A DNA stretch of 63,885 bases, counting the filler, from Octopus bimaculoides (Eukaryota): the NCBI RefSeq assembly GCF_001194135.2. It is 3 parts of 3 records of this genome, joined end to end, with 100 filler letters (N's around TTAATTAATTAA, not from the genome) between each part and the next. Parts side by side here need not be neighbours in the genome. Positions count along the whole stretch, not along the records: positions 29,812 to 61,515 come from NC_068984.1; 2 more parts are not named here. One strand, written 5' to 3'. Under the pieces are notes generated by a model. It was not told where the DNA came from, did no database searches, and saw only the letters and a list, made by a program, of their open reading frames with translations. Every line of letters begins with the position of its first letter. The first letter of the stretch is position 1. Position numbers and translations under genes: made by a program. Below, one piece after another: positions 35,869 through 44,980 of this stretch.

Positions 35869-35906
35869 ACTTCTATGGAGTTAACTAAATCCCCTTTTGT
35901 AAAATA
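35869..35906 (-). CDS. Candidate exon of unknown gene (cluster A)
   Basis: Acceptor cctatttctatgtAG, donor GTgagt. 38 nt, phase 0/2, YFTKGDLVNSIE(V). Confidence 0.5.
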
Positions 35907-35914
35907 CTACATAG

Positions 35915-36150
35915 AAATAGGTATGCGGGCAATTATCGATTTCAGATTTTTGCACAAGATCAACATGTTCGGGTGAGAGGATAATCCGAGTCTATCGACT
36001 TCAGTACTCAACTGGTACTTTTTATTATCGACTCCGAAAGGATTAAAAGCGAAGTCAACCCCAGCAGAATTTGAACACAGAAAGTGAAGACGGACCAAAT
36101 GACGCTTCGCATTTTGCCCGGCGTGATAAAAATTCTGCCAACTCGCCGAC
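35915..36150 (-). mobile_element. SINE family B
   Basis: ttttattatcgactccgaaaggattaaaagcgaagtcaacc..gaatttgaacacagaa..gcattttgcccggcgtg..ctgccaactcgccg. Confidence 0.75.
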
Positions 36151-36494
36151 TTATATACAGGCAGTTATCATTACAGCTGTCACTACAGCTATGAAGCTCC
36201 CTTGTTAACAACCTTCCGTCACCTCGATATTACAGTTTATTCGGAGTTACAGTTGTCGAAAACAAAACCAAATTCTACGACTTCAAGAACATTGAAAATA
36301 TGGGGGTATACAGAATTTACTGCTATCACTTATTGCAGCTAAAATTTACAACTACAGGGAACGTGTCTGCTTCAGCAGAAACTGCATTTACAAGCTATAT
36401 ATCTTTCAGCTACGTCATCCTTTGTCTGATGCAGCGTCGCAGCTTCAGGAAGACAGTTTTTAAGCTTATAGTTTACAAACCATGCACCTTTCTC

Positions 36495-37030
36495 TAATAA
36501 ATTCTTCATCCGTTGTTGCAGATCTTTGTTGCAAATGTGATGGTACCATCTGATGTTCTCGATGGTCCTCATGGCTTTGCTATCGAAGCAGTCGATCATC
36601 TTTTCAGAGTCTTAGAGAGGGGCTACGTTTCTGCTCCATAGGGATTTGCTGTAGATGCAGTGAGATGGAGCAGTGACGCCAAAGGGCTTTCTATAGAGAG
36701 TACATGACTTCGGCGGCCAAGCCAACTAAGAACTGCGTGCGCACGCGCAGCAGCCTGCAGCCTTTCACCTCATAGCTATCCGTCGTACGCGCTGGTCCGT
36801 ATATGTCCTCCGTCTTCTGCTAGATCATCCTACCAGGGCTTTACTCTCATTCGACGCAGCAGCTGCAGGCTGGAAGGGGCCTCGTGGCAGGCCCCGCACC
36901 AGATGGTTGGACGTGATTGGAGAAGATCTCTAAAGGCTCGATGTCACCTGGGAGGATGCAGAGGGACTGGCACGAGACCGCCAGCGATGGGGAGCACTGG
37001 GGGACTTGGACGGCTCTACGCATGATGACA
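36495..37030. mobile_element. Two RTE-clade LINE 3' fragments in divergent orientation
   Basis: Minus strand 36495-36690: YGAET*PLSKT..IDCFDSKAMRTIENIRWYHHICNKDL. Plus strand about 36690-37030: N*ELRAHAQQP..GWKGPRGRPRTRWLDVIGEDL..ARDRQRW. Confidence 0.8.
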
Positions 37031-37675
37031 TCTCTGGGACCACTAACCTGGGATGGTCCCCAAACTCATGAAGCAAGAGCATGAAGCGAGCATTTTAACA
37101 ACATGAATTCAATTTTGAAGGGAACTCTTTATATAGTTAGTCTTACACAAAGGGCCAGCTTAGCTGAACGAAATCGGAAGTTTCCAAAATATTCATTCCC
37201 ATGTTTGCAAGAGCGAAAGTATGGACAGTGACCGTGTGGCATTAAACGTGTTTCTAATATTAACATCTAGATCTAATGCTTTGCTTTCATAGATGCTGTC
37301 AGGTTTCACTCATATATTGCTGATGAATTTAAATCTACTTTCATAATATATATATGAATTGGTGTTTTTATATTTCTCGAACTGTCATTTCCCTTTAACC
37401 ACATGGCCTCTCATTTGTTCTGCTTTTATATGTTACTTCAGGAATTATAATAACAGTTATACTGAGTAGTTCTAAATGTAGAAATAAACCCTTTTATATA
37501 TGTAAATATACATATATAAGTGGCTTCTTGAACAAAAATGTAAGAAATTACTATTTTATATGGTTTTAGCCTCATGCTTCTTGGAACATTCTTTAAATTA
37601 ATGTAATTCTACTGATATTCCTCTCCTTCAAGAAAATCTTCATAATTTTGTCCATCTCTGAAACATGGACGTTGA

Positions 37676-39426
37676 TGTTATGGAAACGTAACAACATCTG
37701 TGGTGTTATGAGCCAGGCTGTGTTGTAGAGAAGGATCGGAAGTGAGGGAGTAGGCATGTCCTGTTGGAAGTGGGGTTTGTGGATCCCACCGGAAGTGCCG
37801 CGGTGGACATGCAGCATTCAGTGAACCACGAGGGTCAGTCGGCGGCAAACAACACACCAGAGCGGACGTGTGAGAAGGTAGAGCATCGGATAGCGCACGT
37901 GGACGTGGAGTGAACCTTGGAGATCGTGACAGCACGTGGATGTTGAAAGTGACCCTTTCTCCGGACCGACAGGTAAGACTACCGTAATCTTCTCTTCACT
38001 TCTGTCTTTTTTCTTCCTCTACATCACAAGCTATTTCGGTTCAAACGAGAAAAAAATGATGGATATGGTCCGTGTTTCGAATGAGACGGTTAGGCCATTT
38101 TGTGGCGAGGGAGATGTGACCGCTTGGTTGCAAAAATTAAGTTAGTGGCAAAACCTCCAAAGTATAGATGATCTAGCGAGTTTTATACCGTTGTACCTCG
38201 ATGGATCGGCGTCGGCGCTATACCTGGAAATGAAAGAGAAGGACAAGTTGAGCGCAGAAAAAATAGAAGGCCGGCTGATGGAGGCTTTCACAGAAGGGCC
38301 ATTTATGGCATATGGTCGACTGGGGATAAAAAGTGGATGGACAAACAAGTCGATGTGTTTGCCAACGAACTCAGGAGATTGGTTAGAATGGTGAGATATA
38401 GAGATGGCGCGTTAGAACAAACCGTAAAATTAGCCTTTGTAGCAGGATTTCTTGAGCACGTGTCGGTCGAGCTGCAAAAGCTGCCGAACATTCACTCTAT
38501 GGCAATGGGAGAGGTAATCTCTCTCTCGAGCCATCGTCTCGTGTTGCAGGACAACACCTTTGGCAGCGACTGCAATACTGAGAAGGGGACAACAAAGAGC
38601 GGCGGAGAAGGGTCGAACAAGGAACGTGCGCGACCCTTCAAAGGGCAGTGTTTTCGGTGTCAGAGTTCGCACATGGCAAGGGACTGCAGGGAACCCAGGC
38701 CTGGAGTGATTTGCTATCGATACAGGCAGATAGGCCACATCGCTAGTGAATGCATGCAGGGGAACGGTCCAAGGGAGACTACTGCGCCGGTAGTTGTCCC
38801 ATCGAAGAAATAGAGGCGCGTTTACAGTCGTTGCCAGTAGTAGAAGTCGTGGTGAACGGAAAGGTGTCACGAGCCCTCGTGGACACGAGCTGCTCAACAA
38901 CCCTAATGACTCCAGAAGTGGTAGAAGAATGGAGTGGAGTGAGTAGTGTAAAGGTTGTTGACGGTACGGTAGTTGAATGCAGAGGAAGTAACGATGTGGA
39001 GATAGTGGTACGAGGAACAAGACTGAGGTTGCGGGCCATTGTAATTGATCGTGTAGTAGACGGGATCGATGTCGTGATGAAGATGGACGCCATTGTCCGC
39101 TTGGGAGGTGTTACGGTCAATGAAGCCGGTGTAGTGTTCAGTGATGCGAGGTGCTATGTGCTGTGAGTTCGTGACAGGAGAGTGGTGAGGGCTGCGAAGA
39201 AAAATATGCTGCACACACCATCACAGACAAAGATTTTCGAGCTGTGTTCGATGGCTGGCAGTGGACAGTGGAATGGCAATTGAAGGGAGATCCTACAACA
39301 TTGCAGAACGCAGTAGGCTGCTATCAGCATTCCCTGAAAGGAGATGCCAGAAGCGAATTCGAGGGAGAGGTGGACCGGTGGATCAAGGAAGGTGTTCTGA
39401 TTCCTTGGAAGGAGAAAATGATTTCA
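37676..39426 (+). mobile_element. Truncated Ty3/Gypsy LTR retrotransposon: 5' LTR (about 37676-38028), gag, protease, start of RT
   Basis: LTR TG..CA; gag with FxGxxDVxAWL, LYLDGSASALY and two CCHC-type knuckles (CFRCQSSHMARDC, CYRYRQIGHIASEC); protease ALVDTSCSTTL; RT start ..EFEGEVDRWIKEGVL; no 3' LTR. Confidence 0.9.
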
Positions 39427-40267
39427 TAGTGTACATATATATTCAGTACTGAATTATTCCGAATATACACGTGTACCGACATGTAATTTGAAAAGCTTGC
39501 CTTTTACATAGATATATGTGTGAACATTTCTATGTGCTATGTTGGATACATTTGGTATTCGTTTGGTATGTTGAATTTTGTTCATTTTTATGTGTCTCGA
39601 TTATGCCTGAACTGACGATTGGAAAGTGGATCGTGTATACTAACTACGAAATCATATGATTTGCGGCTGAATCTGTATTTAAAAGACGACTTCCAGGTTG
39701 CATTCCCTCACTCTTGGTACACTGTATATTTATTATGGTAGTTTTGACTTTAAGAGTCTCACATAGCGTGAGGCATTTACGTGTTGTAATGTCCTTGATA
39801 TAATAAATATATATGTATATATATAGCGTTTGTACGTCTGTGCTCGCGTGAGCTTGTATGATATGTGTATATGTATTGACATGCATTCTTAGTTTGGTGT
39901 CTTTTCGTTTTCTTTCAAAATTACTGAACAAAATAAACTAGAAAGTCAATAATGAGAACACAAAATTTGATGAAAATTTTTAATTTAACATATATTTCAC
40001 AATTAATTATCCTTTTAATGTCATTATTAATTATATTATGAAGAAAAACCTTACTTGGTTAAGATTCCACAAAAATATACATGACAAGAAAAATAAATTA
40101 CATGAGAGATGAAAGGGAAGGAGAAAAAATCACATATATATTATATATATATATGTGGGTCCATATGTATATATATGTATGTGTGTGGTGTGTGTGTGTA
40201 TGTGTGTCTGTGCATATATTGATGTATATGTGTTTCTGTGTATATATATATATATATGTATACTTTT

Positions 40268-41686
40268 TTAACTCTCCGAATTAACTCTTTCGAGATTTTC
40301 ATTTTTGGATCTTTCGTTATTTAAAATTTCATTCTCATCAATGCCTATTTTTTCACAGAACAAATCATCACAAGCATCCGTTTTATTTTTCGTGAGGTTT
40401 TCGTATTTGTTGATCGTATTTTTTCGATAGAGGGAGTTAGCGTCGAACGAAGAATGAGAAGAGTATCGCGAGAGTATACTTGCATGCGTTGCTGTGGTTG
40501 ATGATGTCATGTCTATAACGTCAGTTGTAGTTGCATGCAACTTTTGTGTTTTGCTGTATCTCCTCGCTGTCGTATGTGGGTTGATAACTGTTCCTTGGTA
40601 AGTAAGTGAACTAAAATCCTCTTCCGGAATCAAGCATCGGCAGAACGTTCGGATAAATATGCGCCGAAATTTCTGCCCGAAAGCACAGTATAACAGAAAG
40701 TTAATAGCGCTGTTTAGCGTAACCAAATAGTTTCTTATTAAAGATAAAATTATCCATCCTGATGTAGTAGACACCATTTTGCTATCAATAGCATAAGCTG
40801 TATTGTATATGAGCGCAGGAACTTGGCAGATCATGAAAACTATAACAACTGATACAAGCATTAATGTGACGTTATTTTCTCTTGATTGGCGTACGTTCAT
40901 ATCACGACGCTGACGTTGTGACCTTTTCACGGCAAGAATGAGGAATATATTAATGACGGCTAAAGATGTCAACGGAATAAAGCACATAATTGGTAGATAG
41001 AGACACAAGAAATAGACTTTACGGTATATTTTACTTTCACCCATATCAGTGGTCTTTTCTTTCACAAGAATCGTATGGTCTGCAGGATTAAGTCGGTATT
41101 CTATTTCATATTCAAACCAGCGTGACGCATTGTAGACAAAGGAAAAAACAGATACAGACAGTATGACCATACGAGCTCTTGCCATAGTACACATGCTAGC
41201 AGCTCTGAGCGGATGACATACAGCTATATAGCGCTCAACAGTGAACGAAACAGTTAACCAGATCGTTGCTGTTTGGCCAACTAAACCAGCAGGATAAGCG
41301 TAGACAATAACATAGGGTAAGATATTTTCTCTGTAAGGTTCCGATACAGATGGAATTCCAATCAGAAAGAACGTAATTATTAAAACAACACTGTCCCACA
41401 TTGCCAGAGCTTTTAGGTAGCAGTTTGTTGATGACTGCATCGTTCGTTTTGTAAGTACAGCAATTGTTAATATATTTCCAATGAGACCAAGTGATATAAT
41501 CACAATTGATGCAACACCTGTCAGGTAAAATTCAACCAATTTTATTTCATCAAACTGAGCCGGCAAAGGTGTAGGGAATACATTACTTGATCCATTCACT
41601 AAGCTGACATTCCATCCGAAAACATACTTTAAATTCGAACCAACAACAACATTTGAATGATTAGTGTTCTCCATAAAAACTTCCAT
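40268..41686 (-). CDS. FMRFaR: FMRFamide receptor-like class A (rhodopsin-type) neuropeptide GPCR, 472 aa, CDS in one exon
   Basis: Seven hydrophobic segments. TM1 GLIGNILTIAVL, MQSSTNCYL..LAMWD, AQ/GQTATIW motif, TM3 VERYIAVCHPL, YNASRWFE, TM6 FMICQVP, TM7 NSAINFLLY then FGQKFR. N-terminal NxS sites; strong start context (aaaATGG). The pattern matches the invertebrate FMRFamide receptor family; the ligand is not provable from sequence. Confidence 0.9.
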   Translation of the reverse strand: MEVFMENTNHSNVVVGSNLKYVFGWNVSLVNGSSNVFPTPLPAQFDEIKLVEFYLTGVASIVIISLGLIGNILTIAVLTKRTMQSSTNCYLKALAMWDSVVLIITFFLIGIPSVSEPYRENILPYVIVYAYPAGLVGQTATIWLTVSFTVERYIAVCHPLRAASMCTMARARMVILSVSVFSFVYNASRWFEYEIEYRLNPADHTILVKEKTTDMGESKIYRKVYFLCLYLPIMCFIPLTSLAVINIFLILAVKRSQRQRRDMNVRQSRENNVTLMLVSVVIVFMICQVPALIYNTAYAIDSKMVSTTSGWIILSLIRNYLVTLNSAINFLLYCAFGQKFRRIFIRTFCRCLIPEEDFSSLTYQGTVINPHTTARRYSKTQKLHATTTDVIDMTSSTTATHASILSRYSSHSSFDANSLYRKNTINKYENLTKNKTDACDDLFCEKIGIDENEILNNERSKNENLERVNSES

Positions 41687-41857
41687 TTTGGGCCCAAAAG
41701 GTATTACTTTTCGATTTATGCTTTTCGAGCTCTGATTGCTTGACTTTTAGCAAGGAAATTCTTACGTACTGCGATGACTATATCATCTTATTTATAGTGT
41801 CTTTTGCCGTCGTCGCAACTTCAGTTTTGTCCTTTTTCTTTAAAATCCATACATCCT
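41687..41857 (-). promoter_or_regulatory. Spliced 5' UTR portion of the GPCR exon: 3' splice site and three upstream ORFs
   Basis: Minus strand long T-rich tract ending ctcttttcAG (41857-41856), so the exon starts at 41855. uORFs: MYGF* 41854-41840, MDFKEKGQN* 41850-41821, MI* 41786-41778. Confidence 0.65.
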
Positions 41858-42094
41858 GAAAAGAGAGAATAATAAAGTTTAAAAAAATACAAACAAACAC
41901 AAAAACCAACAAAACAATAATACTGCATTAAAAAGACATTCAAATAAGAGATACAAATAGAACTTATTTTACTGTTATCTCTTCAAACGCTTGCTACATT
42001 ATATTACTAGTATAAAATTTTAAATTCAGTGAGTCGAAATAAGTCTTTTGCAAGTGACTAGAAAATGCATAGACTTTTAAAGGTAATAATCCTT

Positions 42095-44016
42095 TCTACT
42101 AAAGGCACAAGGTCCAAAATTTGTGGGGAAGGGATTTTTTAATTACATCGACACCAGTACTCCACTGGTACTTAATTTACCGACCCTGAAAAGATGAAAG
42201 GCAAAGTTGATGTCGGTGGAATTTGAACTCAAAACGCAAGTACGGGCGAAATGCCGCTGAGCATTTTGCCCAGCGTGTTAACGATTTTGCCAGCTTGCCA
42301 CCTGACTGTCGAAAATGTAATAATAATCATAAATATGTGGTGTTTGTTGCAATATAAAAGAGTTTTACATATATTGGCATTTACCAATGTTATATATAGA
42401 CACAGAAGTGGGAGATTAGCAGAATCATTTCAGCATCAGAAATATATGCCCTGCGGTATTTGTTCCAGTTCCTTAAATTCTGAGTTCAAATCTCACCGAG
42501 ATCAACTGTACTTTCATCCTTTGGAAGTCAATAAAATATAAGATTTAGTTGAGAAAAGGAGTCGATATAATCGATTAACTTCCTTCCCTCAATATTGATG
42601 GCTTTGTTTCTAAATCACAAACTGTTATTATTGAAGGCGGAGACTTGTTAGGGTGTCCGAAAAAGTTCTTTGCAGTCTTTCTTCCGGTTCGTTGAGTTCT
42701 GATGTCAAATGTTATTCATCGTTCCTTGGTGGATAATCTAAATTATCTGTGAAGTACTGGAATCTGTGGTATCGACTTACACCTACTCCTGAAAAAAACA
42801 ACTCTTTCCTTGTGCATAAATCAGAAATCAATAAAGGTACCGAAATACCAGAATTGTTAAAACGCCGGAAAAATGCTTACAGGCATTCGATCCGATTCTT
42901 TTCGCTCTGAGTTCAAATCTCACCAAATTCAACTTTGACTTTTATCCTTTCGAAGTCGATAAAATAAAGTACCATCGATTCCTTGGGCCAATGGAGCGAT
43001 GAATCCCATCTCCTCAACAATTGTTGGCTTTGTGACTAAATCAGAAATCTTTATTATTATTATAGGCGGCGAGCTGGTAGAATCGATGGCACACCGGCCA
43101 AAATGCTTAGCGGTATTTCATCCGTCTTCACGTTCAGAGTTCATATTCTGCCAAAGTTGACTTTGCGTTTCATCCTTTTGGGGTCGATAAAACAAAAACT
43201 ATTAGTTGACGACAGAGGTTGATGTAATCGAATAAAACTATACCCCGAAATTGCTGGTATTGTGCCAAAATTTGAAATCATCATTTTTATTATCATTATT
43301 AAAGCCGCAAGTTGGCAGAATCGTTAGCATCCACAGCGAAATGCTTAGCGATATTTCGTCTGTCTTAACGTTCTTTCATCCTTTCGGGGTCGATAAATTA
43401 AGTACTGGTCAAATCGACTTGCTCCTTCCCTCAAAATTACTGGCCTTGTGTCAAAATTTGAAACCATTGTTATTAATATTATTATTGAATGAGAGAGCAG
43501 TGCATGTCATCAAAATGACACTGGGGTACAAATATACGAAGCTCTACCAGTCTGATATGGGTACACCAGGCACATGCATCACAACCATATGTATGCGAAA
43601 TGGTGATCTTATATCAAGATAAACAGCGTATGACCTTGCAGTTGGGTTCCAGTTAGAATTTTCATCAGGTCGAGTAGCCCATACCTTTCAAAAGGTCCTT
43701 TAATAAGAGTTGTTTAAGGATGTTGAGGGAAACACCCATGTTTCTCGAGGTGAATTATTCAACCCCTCAAAATTCCTCTCCAACACATGTCTTTGATGCT
43801 CCTCCACTACTGCTCGTGATTAGAGGTGCACATAACGTCAGCCACTAAGGGACATGCTCAACTGGTTAAGGTCAAGCAACTGACAAACAAATCTGAGGTA
43901 TTGAGCAGAATATTTGCTGTAGCCCATCTTTTATACCAAGATAAAACATGTGCATGATAACACTACCAATCAGTTAAGATCAGAAGCCATGAGAGTCAGT
44001 GCCTTGTATTGAATCG

Positions 44017-44078
<62 letters not shown>

Positions 44079-44345
44079 TATTATTATTATTATTATTATT
44101 ATTATTGTTATTATTATTAAGGTGGCCAGCTGGCCGAATCGTTAGCACGCAGGGCGAAATTCTTAACGGCATTTCGTCAGCCGCTACGTTCTGAGTTCAA
44201 ATTCCCCCGTGGTCGACTTTGCTTTTCATCCTTTCGGGGTTGATTAAATAAGTACCAGTTAGGTGCTTGGGTCGATGTAATCGACTTAATCCTTTCCCCC
44301 AAATTTGATGACTTGTGCTTTCAGTAGGAAAGATTATTATTATTA
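42095..44345. mobile_element. Dense cluster of at least seven family B SINEs: one minus (42095-42300), five tandem plus (about 42405-43470), one plus (44119-44345)
   Basis: Repeated head (ggcggcgagctggcagaatcgttagc), core (gactttgc.tttcatcctttcggggtcgataaa) and tail (aaatttgaaac..ttattattat) at about 200-230 bp spacing. Confidence 0.85.
44017..44118. repeat. (AAT)n directly followed by (ATT)n, a self-complementary microsatellite
   Basis: taataataat...aataatTAttattattat switch near 44078. Confidence 0.9.
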
Positions 44346-44867
44346 TTAGTGGGTGTCGTACATCAGGTGTAAAATTTTGTATTCTCAAGTCAAGTATCGT
44401 TGTTATGTAATTTCTTGCCGGGCAAGACTTGTCCTTTAATTTTTCTGCAGTTGGTAAATAAATTCTAGTCAAGTACTGGTTTAGATTTAATTGACCACTC
44501 TTTNNNNNNNNNNNNNNNNNNNNNNNNNNNNNNNNNNNNNNNNNNNNNNNNNNNNNNNNNNNNNNNNNNNNNNNNNNNNNNNNNNNNNNNNNNNNNNNNN
44601 NNNNNNNNNNNNNNNNNNNNNNNNNNNNNNNNNNNNNNNNNNNNNNNNNNNNNNNNNNNNNNNNNNNNNNNNNNNNNNNNNNNNNNNNNNNNNNNNNNNN
44701 NNNNNNNNNNNNNNNNNNNNNNNNNNNNNNNNNNNNNNNNNNNNNNNNNGAATAGAATACTTTTAATGTAATACAAAGCTCAAAACTTGAACCACTGCAG
44801 AAATACAAACCCCATAGATTTCCATTCGGATGTACATTGAATGCATGCAAAAATTAAACTGTTTAAG

Positions 44868-44883
44868 CAGAAGCAGCAGCAGC

Positions 44884-44966
<83 letters not shown>

Positions 44967-44980
44967 CAGCAGCAGCAGTG
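44868..44980 (+). repeat. (AGC)/(AGT)n trinucleotide microsatellite
   Basis: Read directly from the sequence. Confidence 0.95.

Noticed and set aside
37971-38030. GT..AG pair inside the Gypsy LTR end resembling a 60 nt intron
   Set aside because: Non-preferred AAG acceptor and no way to show usage; pyrimidine-rich U5 regions are common in LTRs.
40700-41250. GPCR motif variants ERY, CQVP and NFLLY
   Set aside because: These are typical of the FMRFamide/sex-peptide receptor group and are not novel.
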